A stretch of 64,000 nucleotides of DNA from Candidatus Binatia bacterium (GTDB lineage: Bacteria > Desulfobacterota > Binatia > UBA9968 > JAJDTQ01): positions 768,001 to 832,000 of the forward strand of contig OY762897.2 in NCBI GenBank assembly GCA_963666515.2, given 5' to 3'. Below are positions 23,154 through 32,744 of the stretch, piece by piece. The position numbers and the translations under genes were made by a program. How positions within the stretch are numbered: the first letter of the stretch is position 1; every line of letters begins with the position of its first letter. The notes beneath the pieces are model-generated. The model did not search any database, was not told the origin of the DNA, and saw only the letters and a list, made by a program, of their open reading frames with translations.

Positions 23154-26100
23154 GTGACCGCGGACACCAGCGAGAAGGGGTTGGAGCGCCTCATCTGTGA
23201 GGCACTGACAGGCGCGCCCTGCGACGCGCCACGGCTCGATATGGTCGGCGAAAGACCGGCCAGCTACGGCGCCGGCTGGATATGCGGCGACCCCCGGGAC
23301 TACGACCGCGAGTACTTCGTCGACTTGGCCCAGCTCTCTGCCTTTCTCCACGCCACACAGCCCGTCGTCGCCGCATCGCTGGACCTTGGCGAGGACGGCC
23401 CGATTCGGCGCAGGTTCCTGGCCCGTCTGCAAGGGGAGATCGCCAAGCGCGGGACCATCGACGTGCTGCGCAAAGGCGTCAAGCATGGGCCGCATCAGAT
23501 CGACCTGATGTACGGCACGCCGTCGCCGGGGAACGAGAGGGCCGGGGTCCAGTACGGTCACAACCGGTACAGCGTCACCAGGCAGCTCCGGTACAGCAAC
23601 GACAATGCTTCGCTCGCCCTTGACCTGGGCCTGTTCGTGAACGGCCTGCCCGTCGCCACCTTCGAGTTGAAGAACAGCCTGACCAAGCAGACGGTGGAGG
23701 ACGCCGTAGAGCAATACAAGCGGGACCGCAATCCCAGGGAGAAGATCTTCGAGCTTGGCCGCTGTGTCGTACACTTCGCAGTCGACGACCACGAGGTGCG
23801 GTTCTGTACCCACCTGCGGGGCAAGGAGTCCTGGTTCCTGCCCTTCAACAAGGGGTGGAACGACGGCGCGGGCAACCCGCCCAACCCCAACGGCCTCAAG
23901 ACCGACTACCTCTGGAAGCAGGTGCTCACCCGTGACGGGTTGACCGACATCATCGAGAACTACGCCCAGATCGTCGAGACCAGGGACGAGAAGACGGGCC
24001 GCAAGAAGCGAGAGCAGATATGGCCCCGCTACCACCAAGTGGACGTGGTGCGCAGGCTCTTGGCCGACGCATCCGGTAGGGGAGCCGGCTCCAGGTATCT
24101 CATCCAGCACTCCGCAGGCAGCGGCAAGTCCAACTCCATCGCCTGGCTGGCACACCAGCTCATCGGGCTGGAACGGGAGGACGCGGCCGTCTTCGACACG
24201 GTGGTCGTGGTGACGGACCGGAGGGTGCTGGACGGGCAGATTAAGGGCACCATCAGGCAGTTCTCGCAAGTCGGCTCCGTAGTGGGCCACGCCGAGGACT
24301 CAGACCGTCTCCGGCGGTTGCTCCGTGAGGGCAAACGCATCGTCATCACCACCGTCCAGAAATTCCCCTTCATCGTGGACGCCATCGGCAACGAGCACCG
24401 GGGACGCAAGTTCGCCATCATCGTGGACGAGGCGCATTCGAGCCAGGGCGGACGCACGTCGGCGTCTGTGTCCATGGCGCTGGGAGGGGCCGGCGCCGAG
24501 GAAGAGGACGAGACCACCGAGGACAAGATCAACCGCATCATGGAGTCGAAGAAACTGCTGGCCAACGCCAGTTACTTCGCCTTCACCGCCACCCCCAAGA
24601 ACAAGACCTTGGAAATCTTCGGCGCGCCCGTTTCCGGCGGCGACAAGACCCGGCACGTGCCCTTCCACTCCTACACCATGAAGCAGGCCATCCAGGAGGG
24701 GTTCATCATCGACGTGCTGAAGCACTATACGCCGGTGGACAGCTACTACCGGCTGGTGAAGACCGTGGCGGGGGATCCGGTGTTCGACACCAAGCGGGCC
24801 GAGAAGAAGCTGCGCCGGTACGTGGAGAACCACGAACACGCCATCCGCCTGAAGGCGGAGATCATGGTGGACCACTTCCACGAACAGGTGGCGGGCTTGC
24901 GGAAAATAGGCGGGCAGGCACGGGCCATGGTGGTCACCGACAGCGTCCAGCGGGCCATCAGCTATTTCTGCGCCATTCGGGACTACCTGGCGGAGCGCAA
25001 GAGCCCGTACCGCGCCATCGCCGCATTCTCCGGCGAGCACGAGTACGGCGGCGCGAAGGTTACCGAGGCGTCCCTCAACGGCTTCTCGCCGAACCTGATC
25101 GCCGACAGGATTCAGGAAGACCCGTACCGCTTCCTGGTCTGCGCCGACAAGTTCCAGACCGGCTACGACGAGCCGTTGCTGCACACGATGTACGTGGACA
25201 AGGTGCTGTCGGGCGTCAAGGCGGTGCAGACGCTGTCGCGTCTCAACCGGGCGCACCCCAAGAAGCACGACGCCTTCGTGCTGGACTTCAACAACGATGC
25301 CGGCGCCATCCAGGATGCCTTCGCCGACTACTACCGGACCACCCTGTTGGCGGACGAGACCGACCCCAACAGGTTGCACGACCTCAAGGCGACCCTCGAC
25401 GGCTATCAAGTCTACGGACCGGCGCAGGTGGACGAATTCGTGGAGCGGTACCTTTCGGGAGCCGACCGGGACAGACTCGATCCCATCCTGGACGCTTGCG
25501 TTGCGGTCTACCGGGAGAAGTTGAACGAGGACGGCCAGGTTGACTTCAAGGGCAAGGCAAAGGCGTTCCTCCGGCTCTACGGGTTCCTGGGAGCCATCCT
25601 GCCCTACACCAGCGCGGAGTGGGAGAGGCTCTCCATCTTCCTGACTTTCCTGGTCCCCAAGCTGCCCGCCCCTGTCGAGGACGACCTGTCAAAGGGGATT
25701 CTCGAAGCCATCGACATGGACAGCTACCGGGTAGAGAAGCAAGCAGTGCAGGACATCCAGATTCCCGACGAGGACGCGGAGATCGAGCCGGTGGTCGCCG
25801 ACGGCGGTGGTCAGAAGCCGGAACCCGAGATGGACCGGCTCTCCAACATCATCCGGGACTTCAACGACCGGTTCGGCAACGTCGAGTGGAAGGACCAGGA
25901 CAAGATCGAGAAGATAATCTCCGAAGAGTTGCCCGCGATGGTAGCCGGGGACAGAGCCTATCAGAACGCCATGGCCAACTCGGACAGGCAGAACGCGAGG
26001 ATCGAGCACGACAAGGCCCTGGAGCGGGCCATGACCGATCTCCTTGCAGACCATACTGAACTGTTCAAGCAGTTCAGCGACAACGAGTCCTTCCGCCGTT

Positions 26101-26189
26101 GGCTCTCGGAGGCGGTCTTCGCCGCCACCTACCAAGGGTCGGCCACGGTCGCCGATGCCCTGATGCGCAGACAGCCGTCGCCAGAATGA
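23154..26189 (+). CDS. hsdR: Type I restriction endonuclease subunit R
   Basis: NGLPVATFELKN nuclease motif, HSAGSGKS, IVDEAH, FTATP, QTLSRLNR. Confidence 0.95.
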   Translation: MTADTSEKGLERLICEALTGAPCDAPRLDMVGERPASYGAGWICGDPRDYDREYFVDLAQLSAFLHATQPVVAASLDLGEDGPIRRRFLARLQGEIAKRGTIDVLRKGVKHGPHQIDLMYGTPSPGNERAGVQYGHNRYSVTRQLRYSNDNASLALDLGLFVNGLPVATFELKNSLTKQTVEDAVEQYKRDRNPREKIFELGRCVVHFAVDDHEVRFCTHLRGKESWFLPFNKGWNDGAGNPPNPNGLKTDYLWKQVLTRDGLTDIIENYAQIVETRDEKTGRKKREQIWPRYHQVDVVRRLLADASGRGAGSRYLIQHSAGSGKSNSIAWLAHQLIGLEREDAAVFDTVVVVTDRRVLDGQIKGTIRQFSQVGSVVGHAEDSDRLRRLLREGKRIVITTVQKFPFIVDAIGNEHRGRKFAIIVDEAHSSQGGRTSASVSMALGGAGAEEEDETTEDKINRIMESKKLLANASYFAFTATPKNKTLEIFGAPVSGGDKTRHVPFHSYTMKQAIQEGFIIDVLKHYTPVDSYYRLVKTVAGDPVFDTKRAEKKLRRYVENHEHAIRLKAEIMVDHFHEQVAGLRKIGGQARAMVVTDSVQRAISYFCAIRDYLAERKSPYRAIAAFSGEHEYGGAKVTEASLNGFSPNLIADRIQEDPYRFLVCADKFQTGYDEPLLHTMYVDKVLSGVKAVQTLSRLNRAHPKKHDAFVLDFNNDAGAIQDAFADYYRTTLLADETDPNRLHDLKATLDGYQVYGPAQVDEFVERYLSGADRDRLDPILDACVAVYREKLNEDGQVDFKGKAKAFLRLYGFLGAILPYTSAEWERLSIFLTFLVPKLPAPVEDDLSKGILEAIDMDSYRVEKQAVQDIQIPDEDAEIEPVVADGGGQKPEPEMDRLSNIIRDFNDRFGNVEWKDQDKIEKIISEELPAMVAGDRAYQNAMANSDRQNARIEHDKALERAMTDLLADHTELFKQFSDNESFRRWLSEAVFAATYQGSATVADALMRRQPSPE

Positions 26190-26268
26190 CGGCAGGTCCC
26201 GGTCCTGAAGGGAGAAATGAGCGGGAGCATCGCGGTTCCAAGGGGTAGCGAAACAGGAGGCACCGTCC

Positions 26269-27303
26269 ATGGCCGAGAACTTCGAAGCAGGCATCGAGAA
26301 CTGCGTCGCGACGTGCGCCAGGGTCGAGCGCGGCCAGAGCGTCTACATCGTCACCCAGGAGGAGGCCGCCGATCCGGCGGTGGTGGAGGCGTTGACCGAG
26401 TCGGCGCGGGACCGGGGCGGCGACGTTCACGTGGTGAACGGCCCGGTCATCCCCAAGGACAGGCCCGAGGACATTCCCGCGGCCGTGCTGGACGCCTACG
26501 GACGCGCGGACGTGCTGTTTGCGCACTACCCGTCGCTCAAGCGCGAGGAGTTGCACCACCATTTCCCGGGAGAGGCGCGGGTGCGGGTGCCCAACCGCGC
26601 GCGTACCGTCGCCCTCATGTCTTCGGACTGGGCCGCGTTTCCCTACTCGGTGCAACGGGCTCTGGCCGACACCCTCGATGCGCTGTCGGCGCCGGGCAAG
26701 TCATGGCGCATCACCAGCCCTGGTGGCACGGACGTAAAGGGAACTTTCGGCGCCAGCGAGAGCACGGTGGCACAGGCCTATTTCGTCGAGGACGAAGGCG
26801 GCCGCGCCCGCCGCAACTTTCCCGGCGGCGTGCACAGCCCGGTGGTGGCCGTGGCCACCGAAGGCGTTATCGTGGCCGACCACATCGCCAAGTTCGGCGG
26901 CATGCCGGAATCCGTGCGGCTGGAGTTGAAGGACGGGCGCGTGGTCTCGCTGGAGGGCGGCGACCCGTCGATGCACGAGTCGTTGAACGCCACGGACGGC
27001 TTCATCGACTCGTGGCACGCCGGCGTCAATCCCAAGACCATCGTGCCCATGGCCCGGGCCGACAACCCCGTGGAATGGTACAGCTACTCCCATTGCAGCC
27101 CGACCATCGTGCACTTCCACGTGGGCCGCTCCCACGATCCCGTGGACGTCGCCTGCTTCGACCAGACCATTGAGATCGACGGCCGCACCGTCTACGACCA
27201 GGGCACGCTCTCCATATGGGACGAGCCCGAGGTTCACGGTGCGGTGAACGCGTCCGGGATGACCGACTCGATGATGGTGAACACGCCGATGACACTGGGC
27301 TGA
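26269..27303 (+). CDS. M29 aminopeptidase-fold / NicX-like protein
   Basis: RITSPGGTD, NFPGG, WHAGVNP, HFHVG...IEIDG pattern; RBS AGGAGG. Confidence 0.55.
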   Translation: MAENFEAGIENCVATCARVERGQSVYIVTQEEAADPAVVEALTESARDRGGDVHVVNGPVIPKDRPEDIPAAVLDAYGRADVLFAHYPSLKREELHHHFPGEARVRVPNRARTVALMSSDWAAFPYSVQRALADTLDALSAPGKSWRITSPGGTDVKGTFGASESTVAQAYFVEDEGGRARRNFPGGVHSPVVAVATEGVIVADHIAKFGGMPESVRLELKDGRVVSLEGGDPSMHESLNATDGFIDSWHAGVNPKTIVPMARADNPVEWYSYSHCSPTIVHFHVGRSHDPVDVACFDQTIEIDGRTVYDQGTLSIWDEPEVHGAVNASGMTDSMMVNTPMTLG

Positions 27304-27322
27304 CGGCCGCGGCCGCCGCTAC

Positions 27323-27426
27323 CGTCATTCCGGCGAAAGCGGCTGTGTCGAAACTCCGTCCTGGGTGCGAAGGGCGACGACACTCGAATCGTCATTCCGG
27401 CGAAAGCCGGAATCCAGGGGTGGGGA
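27323..27426 (+). repeat. Palindromic repeat family A (GTCATTCCGGCGAAAGCCGGAATCCAG), partial and full copy, in a composite element
   Basis: Between convergent genes; 27341-27426 is nearly identical to 61346-61433. Confidence 0.85.
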
Positions 27427-27446
27427 GTGGCCAGGCGGCTCCGCGG

Positions 27447-28568
27447 TCACCCCTCTCCCAGGTAGAGCCTCCTGGCGTTGTCCCGGGTGATCTTCCGCAC
27501 CACCGCCTCGTCCATGCCGGCCATGTCCTGCTCGACGGTCTGGTGCGAAAGCGGCCAGACCGAGTCGCCGTGCGGATAGTCCGAGGCCCACAACACGGTG
27601 TCCGCGCCCAGCACGTCCAGGAGCTTCAGCCCCACCGGGTCCTCCTGGAACGTCGCGTACATCTGCCGCTGGTAGTATTCGGACGGCTTCATCTTGAGCG
27701 CGCCGGCCCCGGTCGGGCGCATGCGCGGGCGGATCTCGTACTCCTGGTCCATCTTCTGGAGAATGTAGGGGATCCAGCCGAGAGAGCTTTCTCCGAGCAC
27801 CGCCCTGAACTTCGGGTGGCGTTCAAGGACACCGGAAAGCACCAGCGACGCCAGCACCTCGTCGAGCTGGGCCGCCACCACCGTGATCCGGATCAGGTCG
27901 ACGCCGCGTCCCGGTGGGACGTCGGTCCTGCCGACGCTCCAGAAGCCGGCGCCCTGGTGGAACGAGATCGGGAGGCCGGTGTCCTCGGCTGCGCTCCACA
28001 ACGGTTCCCACGCTTCGTCCCAGACGCGCCGGGCGGCGTCGAACGCCTGGAACTGCACCCCCTTGAGGCCCAGCCGCGCGCAGTGGAGCAGTTCCTCCAC
28101 GGCCGTCTCAACCCCGTGGACCGGGAGGAAGCCGAGCCCGATCAGGCGCTCGGGTGAAGCGCTGCAGAACTCGGCGATCCACTCGTTGTACGCCCGCAGG
28201 CTCACGGTGTTCAGCTCGGGCTCCTCCAACTGAAACCCCGAGATGAGCCCGCCGTACATCACCTGACAGTCGACCCCGTCCCGGTCCATGTCCTCAAGGC
28301 GCAGTTCCGGCGTGGTCGGCCGCCACCGGCCCGGCTCCTGTGTGACCGGCGTCGTGGATTTTCCGAACCGGATGCTCGTGTAGTTGTCGTAGCGGTAACG
28401 GGCGCCGAAGAGCTCGCCGTCCGCCTCCCAGTGCCACTCCTCCGCGTTCTCCACGAGCCGCGGCACCCGGTCACGGAACTTCCGCGGCACCCGCGCGGTC
28501 CAGAGGTCTCCCGGAAGGTACGGCAGGTCCACGTGGTCGTCGGCGGAAAACATCTTCCAGTCGGGCAT
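27447..28568 (-). CDS. Amidohydrolase_2 family protein
   Basis: SADDH, RLEDMDRDGVD, ISFH, WASDYPH. Confidence 0.9.
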   Translation of the reverse strand: MPDWKMFSADDHVDLPYLPGDLWTARVPRKFRDRVPRLVENAEEWHWEADGELFGARYRYDNYTSIRFGKSTTPVTQEPGRWRPTTPELRLEDMDRDGVDCQVMYGGLISGFQLEEPELNTVSLRAYNEWIAEFCSASPERLIGLGFLPVHGVETAVEELLHCARLGLKGVQFQAFDAARRVWDEAWEPLWSAAEDTGLPISFHQGAGFWSVGRTDVPPGRGVDLIRITVVAAQLDEVLASLVLSGVLERHPKFRAVLGESSLGWIPYILQKMDQEYEIRPRMRPTGAGALKMKPSEYYQRQMYATFQEDPVGLKLLDVLGADTVLWASDYPHGDSVWPLSHQTVEQDMAGMDEAVVRKITRDNARRLYLGEG

Positions 28569-28758
28569 GGTCGCCTCCGTTCATTCCAAGCACCCCTCCG
28601 TGTCGGATGGCGCTTCGCAATTTCGGCCTACGGTGTTCCGAGACTCCCTGTCAACCGATGGAGACCGCATTGCCCCGACGGTGGCCGGGTGGTAGCTTCT
28701 TCAACCGGACAGGACTCCGGCGGAGCGAACCGCCAAGCCGCGTACAACCAAGGGGGGC

Positions 28759-29645
28759 ATGATGGTCATCGACATACACCGGCATTTCTGGCGCGGGGTT
28801 CAGCGTTACTACGACGCGGATGCATCCCCGGAAGCTCCGGCACCCGCCAAGCCCGACTGGGAGGAGACCACGCGGGAGCTGGTGGAGGAGATGGACGCAT
28901 CGGGCGTGGATGCGTCCGTCATGCTGATAGCCGACTACGGCGACCGCCTCGGCACGCCGCATTTCCCCATCGACCAGGAGAACTGGATCCTGGCCCAGGC
29001 CCAGGAGCGGCACCCGGAGCAAATCATCGCCTTCTACGGCATCGACCCGCGCCGCCCGGGAGCGCCCGAGAAGTTCGAGCGGGCCATCGGGGAGTGGGAC
29101 ATGCACGGTATCAAGCTCCACGCCACCGCCGGCTACTTCCCCCACGACCGGGTCTGCTACCCGATCTACGAGATCTGCATCAAGCACGACGTGCCCGTGC
29201 TGCACCACTCCGGCGAGCGCTTCCACCCGCTGCTGTACAGCCGTTTCACCCATCCCCTGGAGTTCGATCAGGTAGCCGTCGACTTCCCGCGCCTCAAGTT
29301 GATCCTGGGCCACGCCGGCGGCCTGTGGTGGGAGGACTGCGCCACCATCGCGCGCGTCCACGAGAACGTGGTGGTGGATCTGGCCGAGTGGCAGACGAAA
29401 CTGCGTGACAAGCCCGCCGAGGCCCTCGCCGCCCTGGACCACATGCGCAATTTCCTGGGCGCCGAACGCATCCTCTGGGGCACCGACTTCCCGCACATGC
29501 GCCAGCAGATGTCCCTCAAGAACACCGTGGACATCTACCGCCGGCTCCCGCCCTGGCCCAGGAGCACGGCTACAAGTTCACCGACGGCGAGGTCGAGGCC
29601 ATGCTGGGAGGGAACGCGGCGAGGGTCCTGCGCCGGGGTGCGTGA
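28759..29645 (+). CDS. Amidohydrolase_2 family protein with an apparent 1-nt frameshift near 29548
   Basis: IDIHRH, GIKLH, LILGHAG, WGTDFP; the -1 frame restores ...EVEAMLGGNAARVL and ends at TGA 29645. Confidence 0.8.
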
Positions 29646-29668
29646 AGGAGCACGTTCAAAATAGGCCC

Positions 29669-29728
29669 TTGTCCTTTTCACTATTTTTAGTATATTCAGC
29701 GTATGCTGAAAGCCACTAAAATAGTGAA
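29669..29728 (+). promoter_or_regulatory. Promoter and nested inverted-repeat operator of the AbiEi-like gene
   Basis: TTGTCC-16 bp-TATATT; arms TTCACTATTTTTAGT / ACTAAAATAGTGAA around the inner palindrome TTCAGCGTATGCTGAA. Confidence 0.65.
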
Positions 29729-30812
29729 CAAGCTGGAGATCCAAGCCGTGGATGCGGTTCAGGATTTGCTCGGCGAGGTGCCGAGCGTGGAGATCGAATC
29801 GGTCGAGTATGAACGAAAGGTCGGCAACGCCTACGGTGTCGATGGGCTGATCGGTTTGAGCTACCCGGGTGGAACCTGCTCGCTCGTCCTCGAAGTGAAG
29901 TCTAACGGAGCCCCCCGCTTTGTCCGTTCCGGGGTCTTTCAGCTTGAGAGCTGTGTGTCGCAGTTGCGCCGATCCGGTGAAGCCAATGGCGGACGGCGAC
30001 TCATCCCCATGCTTGTCAGCCCTTACCTGTCTCCGGAGTCGCGAGCCATCTGCACCGACCACGATGTCGCCTACCTCGATCTGGTCGGGAATGCGCGGCT
30101 CGCGTTCGATACCGTGTACATCGAGCGCACCGTTGCGGACAGGCCCCGCTCCGAGGCCCGTGCGCTCCGTTCCATCTTTACCCCCAAGGCGGCAGCCATC
30201 CTGCGCGTCCTGCTAAGCAAGCCGGATCGGGCATGGCGCGTTGCCGATCTGGCCACACGGGCCAAAGCGAGCTACGGCCATGTAAGCAATGTCCGCAAGG
30301 CCCTGCTGGAACGGGAATGGATCGAAGTGCGGGATGACGGCGCCGTTCTCGTCCAGCCGCACACGCTGCTGCGGACGTGGCGCGAGAACTATCGTCGCCC
30401 GCCCGGCCAGTCCATCACCGGATACACCCATCTCCATGGAACGCAGCTTGACGAGCGGCTGCGGGGGAAGCTCAACCCGTTCCCTGGGCGCCCTCGCGCG
30501 ATCTACTCGTTGCACTCTGCTACGCAGTGGCTTGCGCCCTTCAGCCGAAGCGGCACCCAAACGTTCTATGCCGACGAACCCGGCGCCGAGGTGCTGAAAC
30601 AGGAGTTGAAACTGACGCGCGCCGCACGGGGAGCGAACGTCGTCCTGCATGTCCCGACGGATGAGAGCCTGTTCGACGACGCGAGCGAACCGGCGCCGAA
30701 CGTATTCTGCACCAGTCCAATCGTGACCTATCTCGATCTCTGGAACGGCAGTGACCGCGAGCGGGAGGCTGCGGAACACTTGGCGGGAGAGTTCTTCCCA
30801 TGGCTGCAGTAG
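29703..30812 (+). CDS. AbiEi-like (type IV toxin-antitoxin) antitoxin / transcriptional regulator
   Basis: VLEVKSNGAPR, PYLSP...YLDLVGNARL, central wHTH, C-terminal YLDL...DREREAAEHL. Confidence 0.75.
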   Translation: MLKATKIVNKLEIQAVDAVQDLLGEVPSVEIESVEYERKVGNAYGVDGLIGLSYPGGTCSLVLEVKSNGAPRFVRSGVFQLESCVSQLRRSGEANGGRRLIPMLVSPYLSPESRAICTDHDVAYLDLVGNARLAFDTVYIERTVADRPRSEARALRSIFTPKAAAILRVLLSKPDRAWRVADLATRAKASYGHVSNVRKALLEREWIEVRDDGAVLVQPHTLLRTWRENYRRPPGQSITGYTHLHGTQLDERLRGKLNPFPGRPRAIYSLHSATQWLAPFSRSGTQTFYADEPGAEVLKQELKLTRAARGANVVLHVPTDESLFDDASEPAPNVFCTSPIVTYLDLWNGSDREREAAEHLAGEFFPWLQ

Positions 30813-30970
30813 AGCCGCGATACGCCTCCGACTACGACGACCGCACCACCGTCGCCGTCAGGTCCGTGCTGGTCGAGATCCGTCAAGTCCTCGGAAGCTA
30901 CAAGGGCAAGTTCGCCGTGATCGATAAATGGCAGCAGGACGCTTGGCTCTCTGCACTGGGTTTGAGGTGA
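30800..30970 (+). pseudogene. Internally deleted partner gene (AbiEii-like nucleotidyltransferase toxin remnant)
   Basis: 56 aa MAAVEPRYASDYDDRTTVAVRSVLVEIRQVLGSYKGKFAVI|DKWQQDAWLSALGLR; breaks just before the expected GG motif; overlaps the antitoxin stop. Confidence 0.6.
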
Positions 30971-30986
30971 TTCGTAACCGTGGCGC

Positions 30987-31796
30987 TCAGCGCAACTCCG
31001 GGTAGCCGTGGGCGGCGGCGAGGCGTTGGAACTCGATAATCCGGTCGTACGCGGAAGACGGCAGGATCTCCACGCCGCCGATGAACACGGCGTTGCCGGC
31101 GGCGCGGACATCGGGCTTCTCGAAGGCTTCCAGGAGCGCGTCCTGCAACTGCCGTATTCGATCCGGATCGCTCCCGGCCCGCGTCACGAAGGGGATTCCG
31201 GGCGCGCGCTCCGTGTAGCAGAGCCGGCGGGTCCTGTTGAGCAGGGAAGGGCGGTAGCGCTCGATACAGGCATACGTGACGCAGTCGATGGCGGCGATGT
31301 CGGCCTCGCGCCGTGCGACTATGGCGACGCTCGCGGGGTGGGAGCCGCTGATGACGATCCGCGAGAAGAAGCGGCCCCGCCGGCTCAGCGGGGCGACCAT
31401 CGCCCGCAACGCATTCGCCCCCGAGTGAGACTCGGGGCCGTTGACCACGCACACGGCATTGCGCAAGTCCGAGAGCTCCGTGGCGGGTGAATCCTCGGCC
31501 ACGAGGACGACGCTGGAGTAGAGGCAACCGTCGCAGCCGGGCGCGCGGTAGAGCGGAGTGGCCACCAGGGTAAGCGTTTCGGAATAGCGGCCCACGAGGT
31601 CGGCCCCGCAGCATTGGCTGAGCAGCAGCCCTGGGTCGGTCCAGAGATCGTGGACGCTACGGGATAGATCGAGAGCCGCCGGAACCCCATCCACTCCCGC
31701 CTTCTCCAGCTTTTGCGCGATACCTTTCCAGAGGATCTCGTGGGCGCCGCGCACCTCCTCGAAGTCGTACATTGGGAAACTTGCGGTGAGTGTCAT
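30987..31796 (-). CDS. PhnD/SsuA-type periplasmic substrate-binding protein
   Basis: SFPMYD, LLSQCCG, NGPESHSG, SGSHPAS, ADIAAIDCVT. Confidence 0.8.
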   Translation of the reverse strand: MTLTASFPMYDFEEVRGAHEILWKGIAQKLEKAGVDGVPAALDLSRSVHDLWTDPGLLLSQCCGADLVGRYSETLTLVATPLYRAPGCDGCLYSSVVLVAEDSPATELSDLRNAVCVVNGPESHSGANALRAMVAPLSRRGRFFSRIVISGSHPASVAIVARREADIAAIDCVTYACIERYRPSLLNRTRRLCYTERAPGIPFVTRAGSDPDRIRQLQDALLEAFEKPDVRAAGNAVFIGGVEILPSSAYDRIIEFQRLAAAHGYPELR

Positions 31797-31939
31797 CGGT
31801 TCCTTATCAGGGGCTCACGGTTGTCAGGCGGCAAACGGTTCGGCCTCTGAAGAGTGGAATTCCTGCCTGCCGTGCAATCTACCTTTACATGCCTATGATC
31901 CTGAACATCAAGAATGAAAGATACCTGCCAACTCGGCCC

Positions 31940-31990
31940 TTGACGGGAAGCAATTCATGGGTCATCTTACTAGTAAGACTCAGTAAGAGA
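31940..31990 (+). promoter_or_regulatory. Promoter/operator of the RHH-PIN toxin-antitoxin operon
   Basis: TTGACG-17 bp-CATCTT overlapped by the perfect palindrome TCTTACTAGTAAGA, with a further AGTAAGA half-site. Confidence 0.65.
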
Positions 31991-32000
31991 TAAGGAGAAC

Positions 32001-32261
32001 ATGCCCCGATCAACAAAGACCGTTACGTTTTCCCTCTCCCCGGCAATGGCGGAACGTGTCGATCACATCATGAAGCAGCAGGGACGAAACAGGAGCGAGT
32101 TGGTCCGTGAGGCCTTGCTCCGTTACATGGAGGAGTGCGAGTGGCGAGAACTGCTCCAATACGGAGAACGCCGTGCGAGGGCTTTGGGTATCGGCCCTGA
32201 AGACGTTTCGACCCTGGTGGAAGAGTACCGGGCGGAAGTCGGCCCTTCCTCTCGCAAATGA
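32001..32261 (+). CDS. Ribbon-helix-helix (CopG-like) antitoxin
   Basis: TVTFSLSP...GRNRSELVREALLRY; RBS AAGGAG. Confidence 0.85.
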   Translation: MPRSTKTVTFSLSPAMAERVDHIMKQQGRNRSELVREALLRYMEECEWRELLQYGERRARALGIGPEDVSTLVEEYRAEVGPSSRK

Positions 32262-32662
32262 GGGTCGTTCTAGACACAAACGTCGTCGTGTCCGGTCTGA
32301 ATTTTCCTGGGAACGAGCGGTTGGTCCTGGAGTTGAGCCTCCGCGGGCGTTTCGCAATGTACTTCTCGGCGTTCATCTTGGAAGAAATTCAAGGAGTGCT
32401 AGGTCGCAAGTTCGGTTGGGGTCAAGACCGTGTATCGGAAGCTCGGCGCACTTTGGAAAGGGCCGCTACCGTCATCGAGCCCCGGCGGCTCCCAAATGTG
32501 ATCGAGTCCAACGAAGCGGACAACCGTATCCTGGAGTGCGCGCTGGAGGCCTCCGCCGACTACCTGGTGACCGGCGACCGACGGCATCTGTTGCCTCTTA
32601 GAGAACACCGGGGCGTCAAGATACTTAATGGCCCCCGTTTTCTGGCTGTTTTGGGCTATTAG
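32258..32662 (+). CDS. PIN domain toxin (VapC-like)
   Basis: VVLDTNVVVS, DNRILECA, YLVTGD; ATGA overlap with the antitoxin. Confidence 0.9.
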   Translation: MRVVLDTNVVVSGLNFPGNERLVLELSLRGRFAMYFSAFILEEIQGVLGRKFGWGQDRVSEARRTLERAATVIEPRRLPNVIESNEADNRILECALEASADYLVTGDRRHLLPLREHRGVKILNGPRFLAVLGY

Positions 32663-32744
32663 TTAAAGAAAATCTACATTCCAATGACCCAATGAACTTT
32701 GGTATTGCAAAGCGCAACAATTTCAAACGTTCAAGGAGGTCCTC

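Noticed and set aside
18800-26250. Prophage or integrative element at the tRNA
   Set aside because: No integrase, phage genes or att duplication found in the window.
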